IMG/VR virus record: IMGVR_UViG_3300033979_000081
Coordinates: 1-35,331 of that record
Strand: one strand, 5' to 3'
Origin: a virus
Taxonomy: Duplodnaviria; Caudoviricetes
Length of the DNA stretch: 35,331 nt
Notes under the pieces: generated by a model
What the model was told of the DNA's origin: nothing
Database searches by the model: none
The model's input: only the letters and a program-made list of their open reading frames with translations
Made by a program: the position numbers and the translations under genes
In this document: positions 26,165 through 34,777 of the stretch, piece after piece
Numbering within the stretch: the first letter of the stretch is position 1
How the letters are laid out: each line of letters begins with the position of its first letter

Positions 26165-27390
26165 AGCGCAGAAAGGGTTTGCTAGACGAAGAGAAGTTCC
26201 TGCCTCCGTTACCAGAGCAGTTGCCGAGAGGTGTGAGTTCGCTTCCAGGGTACGGGCAGACTAGTCCTGTAGCACAAGGTCTACTAGGGTTTACGGGTAG
26301 GAACCCGACGTATTCGGTGATGAGTCCAGAAGCACAGCAGATGTCTGATGCTTACAGACTAGGTGAACAAGCAAGCGTTGCTAGTCAGTTTTACGGGTCT
26401 GTGCTTCCTTTTGCGGCAGCGTCAACGATGGCAAGCGCACAGCGAGCAGGAAGTTTGTTGAGTCCGCTAACTGTGTTTCATGGTTCACCGCACAAGTTCA
26501 AGAAGTTCGACGCCAGCAAGATCGGCACGGGTGAAGGTGCTCAAGCTTATGGCCATGGGCTGTACTTTGCTGAGAATCCTGCTGTGGCTAAATCTTATCA
26601 GTCAGTTGGCGGTTATTTGTCTAATGATCCTGTAAGGATGGCGGCTGATACTGTTTCGTCTCATGGAAGCGAGAAAAAGGCTTTATCTCATTTGCAAAGC
26701 ATTTTGCCTCCAGTCGGAGAAACGACCTTTACGGGCCATACACGAGATCAAATAGAAAAAGCAATAAGCGCAATTAAGTCAGGCCAGCATAAAGAAGTTT
26801 CTGGCTCTCTCTACACTGTAGACATCCCAGATGAAAAGATTGCTCAAATGCTGGACTGGGATAAGCCACTGAGCCAGCAGCCCAAAGCAGTGCAAGAATT
26901 TGCTAAAAGCAAAGACCCAAACCTTGCAAGCAAGGAGCCTCATTTTTTAGCACCTTCAGGCGAAATTTTCCATTGGACAGAACTTCTTGAAAATATTGAC
27001 CAATTAAAAGATAAAAAAATGCGAGAGATGTCGCCAAAAATTTTTGGTGGTGGCGAATGGGTTGATTATGGAGATTACCTGCTGAGCAAAACAACGGGCG
27101 GCGACTTTTATCGTAGCCTTTCAGCGCCATCGGAGTGGAGCAAGCAGGCGTCCATTGGCGCAGGAAGGACGGGTTTTGATGATGTAGAAACTTCTGCGTT
27201 ATTGCGTGAAGCAGGAATACCAGGAATACGCTACCTAGACCAAGGGTCAAGAGGTAAAGGCGGTACAAGTAACTTTGTCGTATTCCCAGGCGAAGAAAGT
27301 AAACTAAGGATCATGGAAATTAACGGAAAACCTGTAGTCATAGACGAAGAAGAGCTAAGACGATCAGGACTACTAGGTGTTGCACAGTAA
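26161..27390 (+). CDS. ADP-ribosyltransferase-fold protein (polyvalent-protein ART-like domain)
   Basis: VFHGSP..F..FD...IGTGEG.QAYG.GLYFAE...A..Y, LY.VDIP, L...GI.GIRY.D, NFVVF. Confidence 0.6.
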   Translation: MKRRKGLLDEEKFLPPLPEQLPRGVSSLPGYGQTSPVAQGLLGFTGRNPTYSVMSPEAQQMSDAYRLGEQASVASQFYGSVLPFAAASTMASAQRAGSLLSPLTVFHGSPHKFKKFDASKIGTGEGAQAYGHGLYFAENPAVAKSYQSVGGYLSNDPVRMAADTVSSHGSEKKALSHLQSILPPVGETTFTGHTRDQIEKAISAIKSGQHKEVSGSLYTVDIPDEKIAQMLDWDKPLSQQPKAVQEFAKSKDPNLASKEPHFLAPSGEIFHWTELLENIDQLKDKKMREMSPKIFGGGEWVDYGDYLLSKTTGGDFYRSLSAPSEWSKQASIGAGRTGFDDVETSALLREAGIPGIRYLDQGSRGKGGTSNFVVFPGEESKLRIMEINGKPVVIDEEELRRSGLLGVAQ

Positions 27391-27413
27391 CAACAGAAGG
27401 ATAGTAAAATACA

Positions 27414-27698
27414 GTGGAAAACAAATGGATTCCTCCAAACGCAGGATTAGGTAGACCAAAGGGTGCGCCTAACAAATCTACTGCGGCAGTTAGGGAAGCC
27501 ATTGCAAAGATGGCGGAACTAAACGCACCTCATTTCGCTATGTGGCTAGACCAAGTAGCCGCAAAAAGCCCAGAAAAGGCTTGCGATATTTACTTGAGGG
27601 CTATCGAGTACCACATACCTAAGTTGGCAAGGACAGAGGTAACAGGTCAGGACGGGCAACCAGTTGCTTTACAAGTGACATGGGCGCAACCAGAATAG
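27414..27698 (+). CDS. terS: Terminase small subunit
   Basis: GRPKG.PNK N-terminus, EVTG.DG.P C-terminus, immediately upstream of TerL. Confidence 0.7.
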   Translation: MENKWIPPNAGLGRPKGAPNKSTAAVREAIAKMAELNAPHFAMWLDQVAAKSPEKACDIYLRAIEYHIPKLARTEVTGQDGQPVALQVTWAQPE

Positions 27699-28936
27699 TC
27701 ATTCCGTATGCACCGCGAGCGCAACAGCTACAGATACACCATGCGCTTGCAGACAAGCGATTCGGAGTTGTTGTGGCTCACCGTCGTATGGGGAAATCAG
27801 TCTCTGCTGTCAACCATCTCATTAGAGCAGCGATAGAGAACACCAAGGAGGCTCCAAGATATGCGTTTATTGGGCCTACCTACTCCCAGACCAAGCGAGT
27901 CATCTGGGATTACCTCCTCAAGTTTACCGAGCCCATTAACGCCACTGCCAATATTGCGGAACTTAGGGTTGATTTCTGGGGCAGACGCATCCAACTTGCG
28001 GGGTCTGATAACCCAGACTCTCTTAGAGGACAGTATTTTGACGGCGTTGTATTCGACGAATTCGGCGACCAGAACCCTAAAATTTGGTCGGAAGTGGTTC
28101 GTCCGGCCCTATCGGACAGAATGGGATGGGCGTTATTCCTCGGAACCCCAAAGGGAAACAACCACTTCAAAACCCTGAGAGACCATGCAGAGCAGCATAA
28201 CGATTGGGCACTGCTTGAGTTCCGAGCATCCGAGACAGGTCTTATCCCTCAGACTGAACTCGACGCAGCCAAGTCCGAGATGGGAGACGACAAGTACCTG
28301 CAAGAGTTTGAGTGTTCCTTCGACTCAGCAATCGAAGGAAGTTACTACGGGCAACTTCTCAATGAGCTACCGTCTGAGCGATTCCACGACATCCCTGTAG
28401 ACGGATTGGCTAAGACTTACTGCGCCTGGGATCTAGGCATAGGCGACTCCACTGCTATCTGGGTGTGTCAGAGAGTGGGTCTAGAGACACGACTGATTGA
28501 CTTTGTGGAGAACCACGGTCAAGGACTTGACTGGTATGTGAACTGGCTGAGAGCGAATCACTATGAGTTAGCCGAGCAGTTACTGCCTCATGATGTGCAA
28601 GTTAGAGAGCTAGGCTCAGGAAGATCGAGACTAGAACTCCTGCAAGAAGCAGGGCTAAACATTACGATTGTGCCGAGAATGGGTGTTGACGATGGGATAC
28701 AAGCCGTGAGAAGGCTGATTCCCTTTTGTTGGTTCGACTCCAAGACTAAGCGCGGAGTGGACGCACTAAGGAATTATCGGCGACAATACGACGATAAGCG
28801 TCAAGTCTATTGGGATAAGCCTTTACATGACTGGGCATCTCATGCTTCTGACGCATTTCGGTATCTTGCGGTTGGCATGTCAGAAACAACGAGTTGGTCT
28901 AAGCCGCTGAAACCTAACGTATCTTGGGTGGTCTAA
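27680..28936 (+). CDS. terL: Terminase large subunit
   Basis: Walker A HRRMGKS, Walker B VVFDE, GTPKG, nuclease WDLG..D and H.SDAFRY. Confidence 0.95.
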   Translation: MGATRIVIPYAPRAQQLQIHHALADKRFGVVVAHRRMGKSVSAVNHLIRAAIENTKEAPRYAFIGPTYSQTKRVIWDYLLKFTEPINATANIAELRVDFWGRRIQLAGSDNPDSLRGQYFDGVVFDEFGDQNPKIWSEVVRPALSDRMGWALFLGTPKGNNHFKTLRDHAEQHNDWALLEFRASETGLIPQTELDAAKSEMGDDKYLQEFECSFDSAIEGSYYGQLLNELPSERFHDIPVDGLAKTYCAWDLGIGDSTAIWVCQRVGLETRLIDFVENHGQGLDWYVNWLRANHYELAEQLLPHDVQVRELGSGRSRLELLQEAGLNITIVPRMGVDDGIQAVRRLIPFCWFDSKTKRGVDALRNYRRQYDDKRQVYWDKPLHDWASHASDAFRYLAVGMSETTSWSKPLKPNVSWVV

Positions 28937-30907
28937 ATGGATGACGGACGATTAAAGGCGATTCTCCAAGGTGAGATTGATAACGCGATAGGTTTCTTGG
29001 AGACCGAGACGGTCGAGCAACGTAAGAACGCGCTCACTGCCTACATGCGTGACCCCTACGGGAACGAGGTAGAGGGTCGCAGCCAGATCGTAACCGGAGA
29101 GGTTGCAGAAGCTATCGACGGGATGCTACCGCCTCTCATGCGTTTGTTTACGTCTGCTGATGAGATTGGCGTATTCGAGCCTGTAGGCCCAGGTGATGAG
29201 CCTATGGCAATGCAGGCAACTGAGTATTGCAACTGGGTGCTGATGAAGCAGAACCCTGGCATCTCGATCATGCACGACTGGTTTAAGGACGCAATCCTTC
29301 AGAAGGTCGGTGTCATTAAAGCCTACTGGGACGACTCGATTTCAGTCACTAAGGAACAGTACGCGAACCTGACAGACGACGAGCTAGCCATGCTTATGTC
29401 TGACGGGACGATGGAGATCGCAGCGCAAGAGACGATTGAGCAGGACATGGACGGTCAAGTCATGCGTGTCCATAACGTCGCGCTCATGAAGAAAACCAAG
29501 GCCGGAAAGATCAAGGTCGAGAACGTACCTCCCGAAGAGTTCTTGATCTCTAAGGCAGGAAAGACTGTTCGAGATACGCCTTTTGTCGCGCATCGAAAAC
29601 TCATCACAAGGTCGGATCTTGTTTCAATGGGGTTCGATCCTGAAATCGTGATGAACCTTCCGGTCTACAACGACTTGGAGTTTTCCGCTGAGTACATAGC
29701 TCGATACAACCGAGACGAACAGCCTTACATGGAGCCAAGTCTCGATAAGTCCATGCAGACGGTTGAGGTGTTCGAGTGCTACCTAAAAACTGACTACGAC
29801 GGGGATGGGATCGCAGAACTAAGACGGGTGCATTTTTCGGGCAACGAAATCCTAAGTAACGAGGAAACCGACTATGTTCCGTTTTACACCATCTGTCCTA
29901 TTCCGATTCCTCACAGGTTTTTTGGGGATTGTCCTGCTGATCGTACAGTTGATCTCCAGCTTATCAAGACTACTGTGACGAGGCAGATGCTTGATAACCT
30001 GTACCTTCAAAACAATACCCGTATGGGTGCTGTCGAGGGTCAGGTCAACCTCGATGATCTCTTGAGTGTTACGCCTGGTGGTGTGGTTAGGATGAAGAAT
30101 CCTGCCGCACTGGTTCCGATTACGACGCCTCCTGTTGGTCAGCAAGCCTTCCCTCTTTTAGAGTACCTCGATCAGGTTCAGGCTAAACGCACAGGCGTTA
30201 CAGAAGCCTCTCAGGGTCTTGACCCTAACATCCTACAGAACGTGACTGCCGCGGCTATAGCGGCTCTTACGCAAGCCTCACAAGGCAAGATAGAACTCAT
30301 CGCTAGGATCTTTGCAGAAACAGGCGTAAAAGACTTATTCAAAGGGTTATTACATCTTTTATGCAAGTACCAGGACAAAGCAGTTTTGATTCGGATGCGT
30401 GGGCAGTACGTCCAGTACGACCCAAGAGAGTGGTCGAACCAGTACGATGTGTCAGTGAATGTCGGACTTGGCACTGGGAGCATGGAGCAAAAGATGGCCA
30501 TGCTCTCAATGGTTCTGTCCAAGCAAGAGCAGATCATTCAAGCGTACGGCCCAAACAATCCTTTGGTGAGTGTCTCGCAGTACAGATCAGTATTAGGAAA
30601 ACTTATTGAGGCAGCAGGGTTCCCAGATTCAGCAGAGTTCTTTAAGCCTGTAGGCCCAGAGGTTGATGCTGCACTTGCGCAACCCCAACAGCAACAAGGC
30701 CCAGATCCCGCGGTTCAAATGATGATGGCTCAAGCTCAAGCAGACATCGAGATCAAGCGTCAGAAAGCTATGGCCGATATTCAGCTTGCTAGAGAAAAGG
30801 CTTTAGCCGAGCTAGAACTCAAGCGTATGGAGTTCGAGGCAGAAGCGCAGATGAAGGCGATGAAAGTCGGAGCAGGTATTACTGGCAACGTCGAGATACC
30901 AGGGTAA
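28937..30907 (+). CDS. Portal protein (P22/SU10-like with C-terminal barrel)
   Basis: 656 aa after TerL; DA.LQK.G..K..W, V.PEEF, R.MLDN.Y, C-terminal coiled coil. Confidence 0.9.
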   Translation: MDDGRLKAILQGEIDNAIGFLETETVEQRKNALTAYMRDPYGNEVEGRSQIVTGEVAEAIDGMLPPLMRLFTSADEIGVFEPVGPGDEPMAMQATEYCNWVLMKQNPGISIMHDWFKDAILQKVGVIKAYWDDSISVTKEQYANLTDDELAMLMSDGTMEIAAQETIEQDMDGQVMRVHNVALMKKTKAGKIKVENVPPEEFLISKAGKTVRDTPFVAHRKLITRSDLVSMGFDPEIVMNLPVYNDLEFSAEYIARYNRDEQPYMEPSLDKSMQTVEVFECYLKTDYDGDGIAELRRVHFSGNEILSNEETDYVPFYTICPIPIPHRFFGDCPADRTVDLQLIKTTVTRQMLDNLYLQNNTRMGAVEGQVNLDDLLSVTPGGVVRMKNPAALVPITTPPVGQQAFPLLEYLDQVQAKRTGVTEASQGLDPNILQNVTAAAIAALTQASQGKIELIARIFAETGVKDLFKGLLHLLCKYQDKAVLIRMRGQYVQYDPREWSNQYDVSVNVGLGTGSMEQKMAMLSMVLSKQEQIIQAYGPNNPLVSVSQYRSVLGKLIEAAGFPDSAEFFKPVGPEVDAALAQPQQQQGPDPAVQMMMAQAQADIEIKRQKAMADIQLAREKALAELELKRMEFEAEAQMKAMKVGAGITGNVEIPG

Positions 30908-30910
30908 ATC

Positions 30911-32296
30911 ATGGCTACATACAACGGATATACAACCGATCAGCTTAGGGCGTTTGTCGATCAGTACTTCTCAAACCCTAACAGCGCAGACGTTCAGTAT
31001 CTTCTCAATCAAGGACTGATCTCTAACACCAATCCAGATACGTTGTTGTACTTTGGCCTGACAAACATGTTGGGCTTTAGCCCTGACACCGCTAGGTCTG
31101 CCGTGTCGGACGTTTTCTCTGCTTCGTCTACACCGGAACCAGGAACGCCAGAACCTCCTCCAGTTTACGAGCCTCCTCCAGTTTACGAACCCCCGCCCGT
31201 TGTAACGCCACCTCCGGTTGTTACTCCTCCGGTTGTAACTCAACCTCCGGCTACAACGACTCCGACTGTGCAAGAGGTTATCAACACCATTACCCAACCA
31301 GTGAGTACACCCGTGGCTACACCAACTTTAGAGCCCTGGCAGAAGCTAGATGCTTCTGGAAACATTGTTGCTAAAACAATGGCTGACTACACGCTAGCGG
31401 AGATGGTTCCTTACGCGCAGAACATCATCGCGCAGCAACAGGCTTCAGGGACTTACGTTACGCCTGCTCAGTTTCAGACGTTTGCAGCAGAACAGGGTGT
31501 CCCTGCAAGCCAGATTCCTGCGTTGATTGCCTCTCTTACGTTTCCCACTGCTCCGGTAACGACACCACCACCAACAACCACGCCTACAACAACCACAGGC
31601 CCGAAACCATTGTCTGCGTACACCAGCGCAGAGATGATCCCGTATATACAGAATCTTTTCCGCGATAACCCATCTGCTACCGCGCAGATGGTCAGACAGT
31701 ACGCGATGTCGCAGAATGTGCCTGCTAGCGTGATTGATGCGGCATTAGGTGGTGTTCAGGTTCCGACTGCTAACTTCTCGCAGTTCACTGTAGGCGGTGG
31801 GAACACTCGTCTTGCAACACCGACTACTGACTTCTTTTACGGTGCTGGCCCAACACAACAAGCACCCTATATGTTCAAGTCAGGGGCAGCGGGATATACA
31901 CGCTTACTCCCTCAGTCATTAGAGTTTGGCGTTCCTGCTGCTACCGGAACCAAGCCAGTGTTTACGCCTGGGATATTCGACAAGGCTGCGCTACAGCAGG
32001 CTTACGAGGCGCAGACAGGTCAAAGCTATGGCGGCGAGGTTGTTCCAGCCAATGACATCACACAAGCAAGCTACATGGGTGGCAAGATCACGCCAGATAA
32101 GATTGCTTATGAGAAAGGCGGGAAAGTCAAAGGTCTACTTGGGCCAAAGCCTGACAGCCCTGACGATGGTTACGCAAGCCTGCAAGTAGGCGAATACGTT
32201 ATCCGTAAGAAGGCTGTCAACAAGTACGGAGAGGATTTCCTAGAGGCTCTGAATGAGTCACGCATCCCTAAAAAGAAGGCTAAAGGACTTTTATGA
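30911..32296 (+). CDS. Pro/Thr-rich modular virion-associated protein
   Basis: Repeated helical units joined by P/T linkers; C-terminal GG.V.G...DD....L..GEYVI...AV..YG..FL..LN domain. Confidence 0.7.
   Translation: MATYNGYTTDQLRAFVDQYFSNPNSADVQYLLNQGLISNTNPDTLLYFGLTNMLGFSPDTARSAVSDVFSASSTPEPGTPEPPPVYEPPPVYEPPPVVTPPPVVTPPVVTQPPATTTPTVQEVINTITQPVSTPVATPTLEPWQKLDASGNIVAKTMADYTLAEMVPYAQNIIAQQQASGTYVTPAQFQTFAAEQGVPASQIPALIASLTFPTAPVTTPPPTTTPTTTTGPKPLSAYTSAEMIPYIQNLFRDNPSATAQMVRQYAMSQNVPASVIDAALGGVQVPTANFSQFTVGGGNTRLATPTTDFFYGAGPTQQAPYMFKSGAAGYTRLLPQSLEFGVPAATGTKPVFTPGIFDKAALQQAYEAQTGQSYGGEVVPANDITQASYMGGKITPDKIAYEKGGKVKGLLGPKPDSPDDGYASLQVGEYVIRKKAVNKYGEDFLEALNESRIPKKKAKGLL
31154..31245 (+). repeat. 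Coding tandem repeat (EPPPVY x2, then PPPVVT-type units)
   Basis: CCTCCTCCAGTTTACGA at 31154 and 31172 (18-bp period), then degenerate units. Confidence 0.75.
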
Positions 32297-32529
32297 CCCA
32301 ACGATGGGAACGAGCAAAGGCTTTACTTGGCGACGAGTTTCTGAACGAAATCTTTGCTGAGTTGGAAAAAGACAACATCGAGCGTATTATCAATAGTCAT
32401 CAGGACGACATTGAGCTTCGTGAGGACTCGTATCTCATGATTAGCGCAGTGCGTCGTGTGAAAGCGCGTCTTGAGTCCGTTGCCGCCGAAGGCGAGATGA
32501 ACAAGAGACGATTCAAACTTTTTAAGTAG
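32293..32529 (+). CDS. Small head-module protein upstream of scaffold
   Basis: ERAKALL.D.F...RE..Y motif; ATGA overlap. Confidence 0.65.
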   Translation: MTQRWERAKALLGDEFLNEIFAELEKDNIERIINSHQDDIELREDSYLMISAVRRVKARLESVAAEGEMNKRRFKLFK

Positions 32530-32539
32530 AGGTTAGTTT

Positions 32540-33475
32540 ATGGAAAGCAGCAACCCGCAAGGGACTAGCTTGACAGTGGGACAGGCAGCGGATGCCTTCT
32601 TGGGTTTGATGGGTGGCGGCGAACCTCCTCCGGAGCAAGTTCAAGACCAGTCAGAAGAACAAGAAGTTGTTGCCAGTGAATCTGAGTCCGAGGAAGCAGT
32701 AGAGGAGACTCAAGAGGAGGAACAGCGTTTTGTGGTGAAAGCCGCAGGCGAAGAGCGCGAGGTGACCCTCCAAGAGTTGATCGAAGGCTACCAAAAAGGA
32801 ACGGATTACCATAAGAAAACTAACGCGCTTGCAGAACAGCGTAAAGCAGTAGAGGCAGAGAAAGCCGCTGTCGAGCAAGCAAAGCAGGCACGAGATGCCT
32901 ATGCCGAGCGACTGAAGGTGATGGATCAATTCCTAAGCCAGCAGATGCAAGGTGAGGATATTGAGAGTTTGAAAGAGACCGACCCGATAGCTTATGCGGT
33001 GAAGGTCGCGGAAATGACTCGCCAAGAGAAGCAACTCCAGCAGTTGAGAACCGAGCAGCAACGCATTGCCAGAGAGCAACAAGCCGAGCAAGAGGTTCAC
33101 ATGGAGAGGCGTATCGCGGAGGAGGCGCAGAAGGTTGCAAGCGCAATCCCAGACTACGCCGATCCGAAGAAGGGTGAGAAAGTCCGTAGTGATTTGAGAG
33201 CGTTTGCAAAGTCCATAGGATATTCGGATGCGGAACTTGCAAGTGCCACTGACTCTCGTGCCGTGGTGACGTTATGGATGGCCGCGCAGTATCAGAAGTT
33301 GCAGCAGAGTAAGCCTGGGGTAACCAAAAAGGTTACGGAGGCTCCGAAGTTGTTGAAGCCTGGGACTGCAACAGGTAAGACCATTCAGTCGGAAGCAGCA
33401 AAACAGGACTTTGCGCGTCTTAAAAAGACAGGTAGTCGGCAGGACGCAGCAAGGGTTTTTGAACGATTCTTGTAA
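32540..33475 (+). CDS. Capsid scaffolding protein
   Basis: Acidic N-terminus, VK..GEEREVTL.EL..GYQ...DY.KK, coiled coil, C-terminal KTG...DAA. Confidence 0.85.
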   Translation: MESSNPQGTSLTVGQAADAFLGLMGGGEPPPEQVQDQSEEQEVVASESESEEAVEETQEEEQRFVVKAAGEEREVTLQELIEGYQKGTDYHKKTNALAEQRKAVEAEKAAVEQAKQARDAYAERLKVMDQFLSQQMQGEDIESLKETDPIAYAVKVAEMTRQEKQLQQLRTEQQRIAREQQAEQEVHMERRIAEEAQKVASAIPDYADPKKGEKVRSDLRAFAKSIGYSDAELASATDSRAVVTLWMAAQYQKLQQSKPGVTKKVTEAPKLLKPGTATGKTIQSEAAKQDFARLKKTGSRQDAARVFERFL

Positions 33476-33487
33476 TACGGAGTAATC

Positions 33488-34444
33488 ATGACTGTTCCTA
33501 CAGGCACTTTTCAGACCTTCACCGCTATCGGTCAGCGTGAAGATCTAACCGATGTTATCTACAACATCAGCCCGACCGAGACCCCTATCCTTTCGTCGCT
33601 TGCTCGCACGAAAGCTACCGCTGTTTATCACGAGTGGCAGACGGATACCCTGGCAGCAGCAACCACCAACAACGCACAAGTTGAAGGTGACGACGCTACA
33701 GCGGCAACCATCAGCCCGACGACTCGTCTCGGTAACTACACGCAGATTGTTTCCAAGACGATCCAAGTGTCGGGAACCATGATGGCAGTTGATCTTGCAG
33801 GCCGTCGTGCAGAGAAGGCTTATCAACTCTCGAAGGCTTCACAAGAACTCAAGCGTGACCAAGAGACGATCCTTGCCGCTAACCAAGGTCGCAGTGCTGG
33901 TAACTCGTCCACGGCTCGCAAGTTGGGTTCGCTTTTGTCTTGGCTCAAGACTAACTCGAACTACAACACGACCGACGGTGCTAACCCCACCACAATCGGC
34001 GTGAGCACTCGTTCAGACGGCACAACCCGTACCTTTACCGAGGCAATCCTTAAGGATGGCGTTCAGCAGGTTTACACCTCTGGCGGTAGCCCCAAGATCC
34101 TCGTTGTTGGCCCTGCACTCAAGCAGACCGTTTCGGCCTTCGCAGGTATCGCAGCACAGCGTTACATGGCTCCTTCTGACGCACCGACGACCATCATTGG
34201 CGCGGCTGATGTCTATTTAAGTGACTTCGGCTCGATTTCGGTTGTACCTGATAGGTTCGTTCGTAGCCGTGACGCGTTCATCCTTGATCCGGAATACGCA
34301 GCAGTTGGTTATCTGCGTCCTTTCCAGACCAACGAACTTGCAAAAACTGGTGACTCTGAGAAAACCCAGATCCTTGCTGAGTTCACGATGGAAATGCGTA
34401 ACGAGGCTGCCCACGGTATTTTGGCTGACCTCAAGACAGCGTAA
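33488..34444 (+). CDS. Major capsid protein (DUF5309/SU10-like, HK97 fold)
   Basis: REDL.D.IYNISPTETP, HEWQTD.L, NYTQI, Y.SDFG, LAKTGD; GGAG RBS; terminator downstream. Confidence 0.92.
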   Translation: MTVPTGTFQTFTAIGQREDLTDVIYNISPTETPILSSLARTKATAVYHEWQTDTLAAATTNNAQVEGDDATAATISPTTRLGNYTQIVSKTIQVSGTMMAVDLAGRRAEKAYQLSKASQELKRDQETILAANQGRSAGNSSTARKLGSLLSWLKTNSNYNTTDGANPTTIGVSTRSDGTTRTFTEAILKDGVQQVYTSGGSPKILVVGPALKQTVSAFAGIAAQRYMAPSDAPTTIIGAADVYLSDFGSISVVPDRFVRSRDAFILDPEYAAVGYLRPFQTNELAKTGDSEKTQILAEFTMEMRNEAAHGILADLKTA

Positions 34445-34457
34445 CAAAAACTGTGGT

Positions 34458-34492
34458 AAAAAAGAGGGAGGCGTAACAACCTCCCTTTTTTT
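34458..34492 (+). terminator. Intrinsic terminator after capsid gene (possibly bidirectional)
   Basis: A-tract, AGGGAGG-CGTAACAA-CCTCCCT hairpin, T-tract. Confidence 0.85.
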
Positions 34493-34777
34493 ATGCTCAA
34501 AACTAAATTTCATGCAACCGACGACCAGTATGTCTTTGAAAGAGTTCAAGACATAACGGCTATTATCGAGCAGAACAAAGCACTGTATAACGCCACTGAC
34601 GAGCGCGAGCGTTGGGGTGAGTGGACGCGGTACGCACAACTACCCTATGCAGTAATTGACGATCTAAACAACCAAGGGATCATGCGTGGCTTTGCCATCG
34701 TAGACGAAAAGAAGTTCAGGGCGTGGATGAACGACCCAGAGAACAGACACTTCAGAACTCGTCCAGGAAAAGTATGA
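34493..34777 (+). CDS. Conserved head-module hypothetical protein
   Basis: QD...IIE.NK...A.LP...W.NDPEN..FRT.PG.V; follows the capsid gene. Confidence 0.7.
   Translation: MLKTKFHATDDQYVFERVQDITAIIEQNKALYNATDERERWGEWTRYAQLPYAVIDDLNNQGIMRGFAIVDEKKFRAWMNDPENRHFRTRPGKV

Noticed and set aside
27380-27410. TTGCAC...TAAAAT promoter before terS
   Set aside because: 19-bp spacer and -10 only 3 nt from the start codon; not supportable
29190-29200. CAGGTGATGAG in the portal gene, complementary to 11 nt of the c4-like RNA
   Set aside because: Mid-CDS, encodes PGDE, not at a start site; plausibly chance
34420-34492. Programmed frameshift or read-through extension of the capsid protein
   Set aside because: No slippery heptamer before the TAA, and a terminator follows immediately
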